This document shows, piece by piece, positions 28,634-40,256 of a stretch of DNA of 64,000 bases; the stretch's first letter is position 1; every line of letters starts with the position of its first letter. The position numbers and the translations under genes are program-made. The notes under the pieces were generated by a model. That model was not told the DNA's origin. It made no database searches and saw nothing but the letters and a program-made list of their open reading frames with translations. This DNA is from Planctomycetota bacterium. GTDB lineage: Bacteria > Planctomycetota > UBA1135 > UBA2386. Location: positions 2,432,001-2,496,000 of the forward strand of contig JBKAGP010000001.1 of assembly GCA_046290465.1 (NCBI GenBank). Direction: 5' to 3'.

Positions 28634-29635
28634 ATGCCGATGGCTGCTCCGATCACGATCCGCCCCTACCGACCCGGCGACGAGGCCTCGCTGCTCGCCG
28701 GCCACAACCAGATCTTCCCCGAGCGCTCGATGGCGCACTGGCAGTGGAAGTTCGGCAACAACCCGACGGGGCAGGTCCACACGATGGTCGCCGCGCACGA
28801 GGACGAGGGCATCGTCGGCGCCTACGTGACGCTACCGGTGCACTGCAAGGTGCAGGACCGGACGCGCATCATCGGCCAGTGCGTCGACCTCTGGGTGCTA
28901 GAACGGCACCGCCGCCACGGCCCGCGTCCGGGCCTGTTCGTCAACCTCGCGCTGGCGCACTACGAGGAGTGGGGCGGCAAGGGCGAACACCAGAACTCGT
29001 TCCACCACGGCTGGCCGATCGCGACCTGGCGCATCGGCCAGAAGTACCTGAAGTACGAGATGGTGCGCGACTGGGACTTCCTGTTCCGCGAGATGGAGCC
29101 GGGCGGCTTCCGGCCGCGCGCGACGTCGGCCGACCTCGAGGTGCGCAAGGTCGATCGCTACGACGCGGACGTCGACGAGCTATGGGCCGCGTTCTCCAAG
29201 GAGACCGAACTGGCGATCGTGCGCGACCAGCGCTACCTCAACTGGCGCTATGCCGACGCGCACGACGTCGAGTACGAACTCTACGAGTGCCGCGAACGAT
29301 CGACCGGCAAGCTGCGCGGCATCGCGGTCTTCGGCAAGCGTGACTTCGTGATCCCGAACACGTGCTTCGTGATCGACTGGATGGTGCCCGCCGACGACCA
29401 GGACGCGACGCTCGCGCTGGTCGCCAAGGCCGAAGAACGCGCCTCCGCGCTGCAGGCCAGCGCGCTCGCCACGCTGTTCCAGCACCGCGACCCGCGGTTC
29501 CTCGGCTTCCAGAAGCTCGGCTTCCTGGTCTACGGCACGATCTACTTCCAGGTCGTGATCCCGTTCGACCGGCACGACACCCACTTCTACAAGGAGCAGT
29601 GGTACCACACGCTCGGCGACTCCGACCTGCTCTGA
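28634..29635 (+). CDS. GNAT family N-acetyltransferase (two-domain)
   Basis: IRPYRPGDE..W.WKF..NP, D.WV...HRR..GLF, VRD..YLNWRY. Confidence 0.8.
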   Translation: MPMAAPITIRPYRPGDEASLLAGHNQIFPERSMAHWQWKFGNNPTGQVHTMVAAHEDEGIVGAYVTLPVHCKVQDRTRIIGQCVDLWVLERHRRHGPRPGLFVNLALAHYEEWGGKGEHQNSFHHGWPIATWRIGQKYLKYEMVRDWDFLFREMEPGGFRPRATSADLEVRKVDRYDADVDELWAAFSKETELAIVRDQRYLNWRYADAHDVEYELYECRERSTGKLRGIAVFGKRDFVIPNTCFVIDWMVPADDQDATLALVAKAEERASALQASALATLFQHRDPRFLGFQKLGFLVYGTIYFQVVIPFDRHDTHFYKEQWYHTLGDSDLL

Positions 29636-29636
29636 A

Positions 29637-30596
29637 CTAGCCGCCCTTCCGCACGGGCTCGCCCGGCATCATCAGCGGCATCAGCAGGGCGGCCAGCTGG
29701 CCGACCGCGTTGCGCACCCGGCCGAGGTCCATGCGCACCACCAGGTCGGTGCCGTGGGTCTCGAACTGCGCCCCCTTCATCACCTTGCGAAGCGACAGGA
29801 ACCGGCGGTCTTCAGCCAGCGCCGCGACCCGCGCCTCGGCCGCCTGGCGGCTGATCGCGAGGCCGTCGCCAGCGCGGGCGTGCCGCAGCGAGACCTCGAC
29901 GACCAGGTGCGGATCGTCCTCGTCACCGCGCACCAGCACCTGCATCCCGAAGAACGTCGGTTCGTCGTTCTCGGGCCACTCCGGCTCCTCGAGCAACGCA
30001 CCGAACTGCCGCCGCACGTTCGGGTGCGACATCGAGCCGACCATGTAGGCGAGGCGGTCCTCGCGCCCCGACAGCATCGACATCACGTCCGCCGACGGCA
30101 GGCCGACGTGCCGCTCCTTCTCGAGGATCGGCTGCAGCACCGCCAGCGAACCCTCGACGTGCACGTGCGGGTGCGGCACGTAGAAGATGCGACCCGAGTC
30201 GAAGCGCTCGCGGTAGCGAACCTGCTTGCCGCCGACCTCGCGGTCCTCCCAGATGCCGCCGGTGACGCGCGGCGGCAGCGCCAGCGGCTGGTTGCCCTCG
30301 GTGACGAACACCTCGAGCGAGTCGCGCACGAAGTCCTTCGACCCCTTCGGCATCCGGGTGGCGACCGTGAACCGATCGACGGCGTCGAGTTCGAAGCCCG
30401 ACTCCTTCTCGATCATGCCGAACAGCATCTTCAGCGCCGACGCCTGCAGCTCGTCCCAGACCTCGCGCTCGCGCATGCGCTTCAGGTCGACGGACATCGT
30501 GTTCTCGTAGCTGGAGAACAGGAAGTCCTTGGCGGTCGGCGGCTGCTGGGCCACGGCCAACGACACGCACGATAGCACCGCAGCGACGAGGCGCAC
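29637..30596 (-). CDS. Secreted hypothetical protein, paralog A
   Basis: Signal peptide; collinear similarity to the adjacent 30598-31677 ORF. Confidence 0.75.
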   Translation of the reverse strand: MRLVAAVLSCVSLAVAQQPPTAKDFLFSSYENTMSVDLKRMREREVWDELQASALKMLFGMIEKESGFELDAVDRFTVATRMPKGSKDFVRDSLEVFVTEGNQPLALPPRVTGGIWEDREVGGKQVRYRERFDSGRIFYVPHPHVHVEGSLAVLQPILEKERHVGLPSADVMSMLSGREDRLAYMVGSMSHPNVRRQFGALLEEPEWPENDEPTFFGMQVLVRGDEDDPHLVVEVSLRHARAGDGLAISRQAAEARVAALAEDRRFLSLRKVMKGAQFETHGTDLVVRMDLGRVRNAVGQLAALLMPLMMPGEPVRKGG

Positions 30597-30597
30597 G

Positions 30598-31677
30598 CTA
30601 TCGGCCTCCGCCCTGCTTCTTGCCGGGGCCCTTCTCGGCCTTCGGCGTCTCGGCCTGCGGCTCCTCGACCGCCTCTTCCTCGACCACCTCGACCGCCTCG
30701 AGTTGCGCCGGCATCGCCTGCGCCGCGCGGGCTACGAACAGGAACGGCGCCATGCCGCCGAACATGCCGCCCGCGTTGCGCGCGCGGCCGATGTCCGTGC
30801 GCCAGACCGCGTCGCTGCCGCTGCGTTCGTGCTCGATGTGCTTCAGCATCGGCCGGAACATGCGCGCCTCCGGCATCTTTCGCAGCTCGTCGAGCCTGGC
30901 TTGCACCGCCTTCTCGGTCACCGCGAGCCCTTCGCCCGGCGTGCCGTGGCGCAGCACCATCTCGACGGTCAGGTGCGGGTCGTAGTCCTCACCGGTCGCG
31001 CGCACGCGGAAGCACGCCATCAGCGGCCGGTCGCCCTCGGGCCACTCGGTGTCCGGCAGCGCCTCGGCGAGCATCTTGCTGGGGCCGTCCTCGACGGTCA
31101 GGTCGAGCACGCAGTAGGCGACGACGTCCTTGTGCCCGGCGGTGAACGCCATCACGTCCGCCGACGGCAGCCCGGTGCGCGGCTGTCCGTCAATCACCTC
31201 GCGCAGCAACCGCTGCGGCCCGTAGACGTGCAACTTCGGCGAGACGATGGCGAGGTCGTCGCTCCACCCCCAGCGATGCGAGTAGAGCTCGCACGCGCCG
31301 ACGTCTTCGCGCTCGTATTGGTCGAGGTCGGTCGGCCGGTCGAACGGCGCGTTGCCCTCGATGACGACGACTTCCTCGAAGGCCGCCGGCTCGCCGGCCG
31401 GCTGGTAGCGGCCCGCGGTCATCGTCACGGTGTCGAGCTCGTCCGGCGAGAACCCGAGCTGCTCCTGCATCATGCCGAACACCATCTTCATCGTGGCGAT
31501 GTTCAGTTCGTCCCAGACGCCGGTACTGCGCAGCTTGCGCATGTCCAGGTGCACGACGGTCCGGTAGTCGTCGAACAGGAACTGGCGCGCGGTCGGGGGC
31601 TTCTGGGCGGCGGCACCAACACCGAGGGCGCAGACACCGAGGGCGCAGGACGTGACAAAGGTCAGGGCTCGCATCAT
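30598..31677 (-). CDS. Secreted hypothetical protein, paralog B
   Basis: Shares PPTA..FLF, VWDEL, GLPSADVM, DPHL.VE..LRH and D.GR.RNA with paralog A. Confidence 0.75.
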   Translation of the reverse strand: MMRALTFVTSCALGVCALGVGAAAQKPPTARQFLFDDYRTVVHLDMRKLRSTGVWDELNIATMKMVFGMMQEQLGFSPDELDTVTMTAGRYQPAGEPAAFEEVVVIEGNAPFDRPTDLDQYEREDVGACELYSHRWGWSDDLAIVSPKLHVYGPQRLLREVIDGQPRTGLPSADVMAFTAGHKDVVAYCVLDLTVEDGPSKMLAEALPDTEWPEGDRPLMACFRVRATGEDYDPHLTVEMVLRHGTPGEGLAVTEKAVQARLDELRKMPEARMFRPMLKHIEHERSGSDAVWRTDIGRARNAGGMFGGMAPFLFVARAAQAMPAQLEAVEVVEEEAVEEPQAETPKAEKGPGKKQGGGR

Positions 31678-31927
31678 GGTCGTTTCGGGCGCGCATTGCG
31701 CGCGACCCGCAAGACTATTCGATGCGAGCCCCAGGACGGTGCGCCAACCCTCTACTTCGCAGCAAACAGCCGTTCTCGGGCTACTTCAGAGAGGTCTGAT
31801 TGTGACGAACTGTCTCCGGCATTCCGTTTAGGCTGCCGGTTGCCCCCACTGCTCGCGCAGTTCGACGCGACGCGGTGCTACCGCATCTGGAAGGCTAGAC
31901 GGACGGGCGTCGGCGACCGTGAGCCGT

Positions 31928-33218
31928 AGCGCAACGGGGCCGCGTGCTCGCGCACGCGGAAGGTCGAACCACCGGAGTAGAACACCACCCCAGAAGCCGA
32001 AGCTTCAACGGGGCCGCGTGCTCGCGCACGCGGAAGGGTGCCCGGTGTGCGTGTTGGAGCTGGCATCGCTGGCGCTTCAACGGGGCCGCGTGCTCGCGCA
32101 CGCGGAAGGGCCCCGGCATCGTGTCGGCCGGGATGGTGTAGCCGTAGCTTCAACGGGGCCGCGTGCTCGCGCACGCGGAAGGTTCAAGGTGCTCGAGGGG
32201 GCGGCGGGGAACACGCCGGTGCTTCAACGGGGCCGCGTGCTCGCGCACGCGGAAGGGCCGAGGCGATGCCGGGCGGCATCCTGATCGACCCGTCGCTTCA
32301 ACGGGGCCGCGTGCTCGCGCACGCGGAAGGCAGCAGGAACAGGGCGACGAGCGCCCACTTGATGCGATGGCTTCAACGGGGCCGCGTGCTCGCGCACGCG
32401 GAAGGGTCGATGACGACCTCGAAGCTGCGCGCCTCGACCTCGCGGCTTCAACGGGGCCGCGTGCTCGCGCACGCGGAAGGCGGCCGGCTGATCTCCTGCA
32501 GGTGCGGCGGCAGGTGCTCGCTTCAACGGGGCCGCGTGCTCGCGCACGCGGAAGGCTCGTCGATGGCTGCCGCTACCACGAGGAAGTGCTCGGGCTTCAA
32601 CGGGGCCGCGTGCTCGCGCACGCGGAAGGTCGGCCGCGAGGCCGCGTCCGTAGAGCAGGAGACCAAGCTTCAACGGGGCCGCGTGCTCGCGCACGCGGAA
32701 GGCATCGCTGCGGCATCCAACGAGTGGATGAAGTTGGGGGCGCTTCAACGGGGCCGCGTGCTCGCGCACGCGGAAGGAAACCGTCGAGGAGTCGATCGAG
32801 AGCGTGATCGATCAGCTTCAACGGGGCCGCGTGCTCGCGCACGCGGAAGGCCCCCGACGCTGCGGGAGGCGGTGGCCGGTGTCCTGGCTTCAACGGGGCC
32901 GCGTGCTCGCGCACGCGGAAGGTTGCGCTCGACTTCCTCGCGATCTTCCTCGCCCATCAGGCTTCAACGGGGCCGCGTGCTCGCGCACGCGGAAGGTAGT
33001 TCGCCTTCAGGTTGATGAAGTGCCACCCTTCCTCGCTTCAACGGGGCCGCGTGCTCGCGCACGCGGAAGGCTTCGAGCAACTTGCGCAGCGCAACCGTGG
33101 TCTCTTGCGCTTCAACGGGGCCGCGTGCTCGCGCACGCGGAAGGCACCACGCCAGCTCGATGGCGGACCAGTCGAGCATGTCGCTTCAACGGGGCCGCGT
33201 GCTCGCGCACGCGGAAGG
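31928..33218 (-). CRISPR. CRISPR array: 18 repeats (36 bp; CCTTCCGCGTGCGCGAGCACGCGGCCCCGTTGAAGC on minus strand) and 17 spacers of 36-39 bp
   Basis: Repeats start at + coordinates 31928 (degenerate), 32002, 32074, 32147, 32221, 32295, 32370, 32445, 32520, 32594, 32667, 32742, 32815, 32887, 32961, 33035, 33109, 33183. Internal hairpin CCGCGTGC/GCACGCGG. TTGAAGC 3' end and the degenerate trailer repeat give the orientation. Confidence 0.99.
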
Positions 33219-33404
33219 AGCCCGCCCAGTGTCACCCATGGCAGCGCCGTTTCCGCAGCGTACCGCGAGCGACCCTTGCCGGGCGAGCCGGGCAAGGTGT
33301 CGACAAGGTTGCCAGACAATGTGTAACCCATGATTTCACAGATCGTTCGAGTGACAGCCGGTGATTCGACACCGCGCTACCGCTCGATCTGCCGACCGCC
33401 CCTG
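33219..33404 (-). promoter_or_regulatory. CRISPR leader
   Basis: Non-coding, more AT-rich segment between the cas2 stop and the first intact repeat; opposite end from the degenerate repeat. Confidence 0.75.
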
Positions 33405-33710
33405 TCATACCACGAAACGCCGTCCGGGCGGAGCATAGGGTTGTCCCAAGACCTCGATCTGATCGAGTACCGGATGCGTCGCCAGTCCGAGTCCCACGAG
33501 CATGACCTGGTCCTCGGTCTGGTGGATCAGACCCCGCAGGTGCTCGCGCAGTTGCACGAGTTCACGTCGGTCCAACTCGCAGACGAACACGCTGTACTGA
33601 ACGTGGTTACCGAAGTCGCGACACGTCTCGAAGACCTTGTTGCGACGTTTGTCGTCACGGATGTCGTACGCCACCAACACATGGTGGCGGCTCGTCGTTC
33701 GATGGCTCAT
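33405..33710 (-). CDS. cas2: CRISPR-associated endonuclease Cas2
   Basis: LVAYDIRDDKRR..V...C.DFG.HVQYSVF.C.L; overlaps the cas1 stop. Confidence 0.95.
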   Translation of the reverse strand: MSHRTTSRHHVLVAYDIRDDKRRNKVFETCRDFGNHVQYSVFVCELDRRELVQLREHLRGLIHQTEDQVMLVGLGLATHPVLDQIEVLGQPYAPPGRRFVV

Positions 33711-35434
33711 CGCGTCACCATCCCGTGGTAATCCGGCATATCCCCACGCAACCACCGAGCGAAGAGACGCACCTGCATCCGGACGATGGACCGCCACGAG
33801 CACCGGTAGCCGAACAGCGGATGCGTCACCAGCAGGTCGAGGCGAGCCTCGAACGCGCGGATCATCGCCTTGCGGGTGCCGGGGAGCATCATGCAGGCTG
33901 CCTTCGACTGCCGAAAGCCCTTCGCTCCGACCATGCCCGTGTTGACTGCGGACAGCACCGCGCTGTCCGCGATCAGCGGACGGAACTCCTCCATCAGGTC
34001 GAGCGCCAGCGACGGTCGCCCATGCCGGGGTCGGTGGTACAGCCCCCACCAAGGATCGAGCCCCTCCGAGAGGATCGCGACCGTCAGTTCCTTGGCGAGC
34101 AACGCGTACGTGAAAGACAGCATGGCGTTGATTGGATCGCGCGGCGGGCGCCGGTTTCGATGCTCAAACTCCCATTCCGTGCTGAGGTCACGCGGCTTGA
34201 GCATGCGACCGAAGTGGCGGAAGTAGATCGCTGCGCCGTTGCCTTCAAAGCCGAGCAGGCTATCTACCGAGGTGACCTTCTCCACGTCGCGTAGCACCTG
34301 AGCGAAGTCGCTGACTACGTGCGCCGGCAGGTCGACCGCGTTGCGTCGCAACAGCGTGCGTTGGTTCGAGACCTTTGCGGCGACGACCTGCCGTGCGAAG
34401 CGGAGCGCACGGTCCGCGTCACCGGCCACGGCGAACTGCGCGGCGCGGTCGTATGCGTTGCGCAGGTTCATGCCGTGAGTTACGCCGTAGAACCAGTGGC
34501 CGCGCGACAAGTAGACGACCGGGATCCCCGCCTCGCACAGCACGTGGAGGGTCTGCGTCGTGACCTGGACGTTTCCGCACACGACCAGTTGGCTCACGTC
34601 GATCAATCGGAACCTGCCCAGTTGCCCGTCGCGGTTGCGGACCACGAGGCTCTTACCGGATTTGCCGACCGTTGCCCCCTGCTCCTGGACGTAGAGCGGC
34701 ACGGCTTCGTCTCGGACCGGATAGAGGCGCCTGGGCTCTGCCGCGCCTTCCGGCGGAGCGCCAGCCGCCAGCGCCAGGGTCTCGTCCGGAAGGCAGATCC
34801 CGCTGAGGGAGCATCCGTTGCACTTCGGGCTGTCTTCGAGCGGCACCGGTAGCGAAGTAGCCGCCGCGGCCAGACGAGCCCGCTCGATCCAATCCAGGGT
34901 CGACGCCTCGAGTTCGGACGTGAAGGGGATCACGACGCGCGTGCGGCTGGCTCGGAAGTAGAGGTAGCCGTGGGTGCATACGTATCCGTGCTCGCGTAGC
35001 AGCAGGCCCTGGGCCATCAACTGGACCCGCTCGGGCTCATACGAGCGATCAGGCACATCAGGAACACGGCCGCGCTTGGTCTCGACCGGCACGGCCTCGT
35101 CCTCGACGGTCGAGACGAGGTCCAGTTTGGCAGACAGGCCCAACGTGTCACTGGACAACGACACGGAGCGACTGATCGTCGGCGGGTCGTCCCCACTCGC
35201 CTCGAGACCCTCGTCGCCCCCTGCACGACCTGTCGCGTCGGGGAGAACGTGCTCGAAGTCGTCCACTCGCCGATGAGCAGCCTGCCCTTCGAGTGTGTAG
35301 TGGTTGTCCTCCCAGCGCCCCTCCACATGCATCAGATGGAACAGCCGCGGGCAGTACACGAACTCGTTCAGCATACGGACCGGAATCACGCCCGGACCAG
35401 CCTGCTCCGCTCCCTGTGTCATTCCACGCTCCAT
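33707..35434 (-). CDS. cas1: Cas4-Cas1 fusion (type I-G)
   Basis: Cas4: YCPR, KLD...PVETKRG, CNGCSLSGICLP. Cas1: LLGFEG..A..YF, RRPPRDPINAMLSF.Y, LALDLMEEFRP. Confidence 0.96.
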   Translation of the reverse strand: MERGMTQGAEQAGPGVIPVRMLNEFVYCPRLFHLMHVEGRWEDNHYTLEGQAAHRRVDDFEHVLPDATGRAGGDEGLEASGDDPPTISRSVSLSSDTLGLSAKLDLVSTVEDEAVPVETKRGRVPDVPDRSYEPERVQLMAQGLLLREHGYVCTHGYLYFRASRTRVVIPFTSELEASTLDWIERARLAAAATSLPVPLEDSPKCNGCSLSGICLPDETLALAAGAPPEGAAEPRRLYPVRDEAVPLYVQEQGATVGKSGKSLVVRNRDGQLGRFRLIDVSQLVVCGNVQVTTQTLHVLCEAGIPVVYLSRGHWFYGVTHGMNLRNAYDRAAQFAVAGDADRALRFARQVVAAKVSNQRTLLRRNAVDLPAHVVSDFAQVLRDVEKVTSVDSLLGFEGNGAAIYFRHFGRMLKPRDLSTEWEFEHRNRRPPRDPINAMLSFTYALLAKELTVAILSEGLDPWWGLYHRPRHGRPSLALDLMEEFRPLIADSAVLSAVNTGMVGAKGFRQSKAACMMLPGTRKAMIRAFEARLDLLVTHPLFGYRCSWRSIVRMQVRLFARWLRGDMPDYHGMVTR

Positions 35435-35683
35435 GGTCGCCTACCGTTCTGGTTTCGCGAACAATCGGCACGGGAGTCATGCGGCCTCATACGCCGAGTG
35501 GCGAATCAAGCCTGCCGCAATGTCCGGCGTCGATACAGATCAGGCACACCACATGACTTGAAGGCGGGCCGGACGTAGCTATGCTTCCGTCGGTCTCGGC
35601 TACTGCCGCACGACGCAATTTGATATGGGAACGAGGACGGACACGACCACGCCAGGTCACCGCACGTGCGCGGGGTGCCATCC

Positions 35684-38285
35684 ATGACCGTGGCCACCCA
35701 ACGCAACACCTGGTTGCGAGCTGCACTGGGCGGCCGCGAGCCACTTCCGTGGCAGGATCGCCTGCTGTCCCGCATGGAGCGAGGTGACCTTCCTTGCGCA
35801 CTCGACCTGCCTACGGGGTTGGGCAAGACGTCGGTCATGGCCATCTGGCTCGTGGCTCGTGCTCTCGGGGCCCCGGTGCCGCGCCGCCTGGTCTACGTAG
35901 TGGACCGCCGAGCTGTCGTGGATCAGGCGACCGAGGTCGCCTCGGAGCTACGGGAGCTCGTCGATGCCGCCCCCCAACTGCGGGACGCCCTGGGACTGGA
36001 GGGCCCTCTCCCGATCTCGACCCTGCGCGGCCAGTTCGCCGACAACCGACGCTGGCTCGCGGACCCGTGCGCACCGGCGATCATCGTCGGAACCGTCGAC
36101 ATGGTGGGGTCCCGACTGCTGTTCGAAGGCTACGGCGTCTCGCGTCGCATGCGCCCCTTCCATGCCGGCATGCTCGGCGCCGACACGCTCTTGGCGCTCG
36201 ACGAGGCGCACCTCGTCCCTCCGTTCGAACGGCTCGTCACCGCGATCGCGAACGGCGCGGAGACCTTTGGTCCAGTGCAGGCCGACCTGATTCCAGCGCT
36301 CCGTGTCATGTCGTTGTCGGCCACCGGGAGCACGTGGGATCAGCCCCTCGTACTCGACGACGCAGACCGTGCCCACGACGTCGTGAAGCAGCGGCTCGGC
36401 GCAGCGAAGCACCTCGTCGTGCGCGACCCGGTCGAGCAGAAGGGACTCGTCGACCGACTCGCCGACGAGGCTTGGGAGCTCTGCCACCGAGGATCCCGTC
36501 CGGCTCGCTGTCTGGTCTTCACCAACGGCCGTCTCGTTGCCCAGCAGGTCCGCGATGCGCTCGTCAAGCGGACCGGTTGCGATGTCGGCCTGTTCGTCGG
36601 TGCACGCCGCGTCTTCGAGCGGCAGGCGGCGGCAAGCTGGCTCCGGCATCACGGCTTCCTCGCCGGATCGAGCGACCCGCCGGACAAGCCGGTGTTCCTG
36701 GTCGCGACAGCGGCGGCCGAAGTCGGTGTCGACCTCGACGCGACCCACATGGTGTGCGATGTCGTCGCCTGGGAGCGCATGGTGCAGCGGCTCGGGCGCG
36801 TCAACCGACGCGGGACCGGAACCGCGCAGATCGTCGTCGTCTCGGAGATCCGCAAGGACGACGATCGCACTCCTGGTGTTCTGGCGCTGTTGGACGAGCT
36901 CCCCGTCCACGATGACGGTAGCCGCGATGTCAGCCCGGGAGCGCTCGTAGACCTCAAGGCCGGCGCGAACGACAAGCTGCTGCGCCGGATCGCGCAGGCC
37001 AGCACCACACCGCCGCTACACCCACCGCTGACGCGCGCCGTCGTCGAGTCCTGGTCGATGACGTCCCTCGAGGAGCACACCGGACGTCCAGATGTGGCAC
37101 CGTGGATCCGTGGCTGGATCGAAGACGACGTCCCACAAGTGAAGCTCGTCTTCCGGAGCCACTTGCCGATCGATGCAACCGGCCAGCTCTTGCCAGAGCA
37201 CTCCGTCGAGGCCTACCTGGAGGCCGCACCTCCGCACTTGAAGGAAGTGCTCGAGACCGACACGTCGCTGGTCGTCAAGTGGCTCGACTCGAGACGGAAA
37301 CGGCTGGCAAAGAATCGGCGGGCCGATGACGAAACCGCGCACGACATCGACGACCTCTCGATCGTCGGACTGCTCATCGGCCGCACGCCGTCCCTGCGAA
37401 GGCCGATCACGCTCGGTGCGGTGGCGGGCTCGAAGAAGGACCTCGAACGCGACCTCGCCGGCGGCACGCTGCTGCTCGACGCGCGCATCGGTGGCCTGAC
37501 GGACGGACTGCTCGACGATTCCTCCGACGAAGCCACCGATGTAGGCGAACTGGACGAGAACGGTGCGCGCGCCCTGCCGTTCTCGATCGTGCGTAGCGGG
37601 GAGCCGATGCTCGACGACGACCTGCGCGAAGAAGCTCGCATCCCGACGGCGTGGCACGAGGGCGACGAGACCGAATGGTTGCTGATCGGCAGCCTGCGTG
37701 AGGTTTCGGCAGAGTCCGAAGACGGTCGCTCCGTCGCGCCCCGCCGCGCACAGTTGCTCGACGAGCACCAGGCCTGGACCGAGACCATCGCCACGGAGTT
37801 GGCGCAGCGCCTCGGACTGCCCGAACCGTTGGCGCGCACCCTGAAGCTGGCGGCGCGGCTCCACGACGAAGGCAAGCGCGCGCACACCTGGCAGCGCGCC
37901 TTCGGTGTCCGTGAGGACCAGCTGAAGCGAGGCGAGGTCTACGGCAAGACGACGTCACGACCCAATCTCGCGCTGCTCGCCCGCTACCGGCACGAGTTCG
38001 GCTCGCTGCCGCGGGCCGAGGAGGATCCCCGGATGGATCTGCCGCCGGATCTTCGCGAGCTGTGCCTGCACCTGATCGCGGCACACCACGGCTTCGCGCG
38101 CCCGCTGATCCGCACCGACGGCGCCGAGGGTCCACCGTCCACGCTGACCCACCGAGCCCGGGAGGTCGCACTTCGCTTCTCGCACCTCGAACGCACGTGG
38201 GGGCCGTGGGGCCTGGCGTGGCTGGAGGTGCTGTTGCGCGCTGCCGACCAGCAGGCGTCACGCCGCAACGACGAGGAGGGCGCGC

Positions 38286-38293
<8 letters not shown>
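35684..38293 (+). CDS. cas3: Type I-G Cas3 helicase with C-terminal HD nuclease
   Basis: PTGLGKT, YVVDRR, GTVDM.GSRLLF, DEAH, QRLGRVNR; C-terminal LHDEGK, RHE, HHG, RAADQ. Confidence 0.95.
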
Positions 38294-40255
<1,962 letters not shown>

Positions 40256-40256
40256 G

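Noticed and set aside
32556..32593. Possible self-targeting: spacer reverse complement shares GAGCACTTCCTCGTG with ~8536-8550; another spacer shares 13 nt with ~18227
   Set aside because: Only 13-15 nt matches with divergent flanks; compatible with chance in GC-rich coding DNA
31878..33364. Many ORFs with repeated LQRGRVLAHAEG / STGPRARARG peptides
   Set aside because: Translations of the CRISPR repeats, not genes
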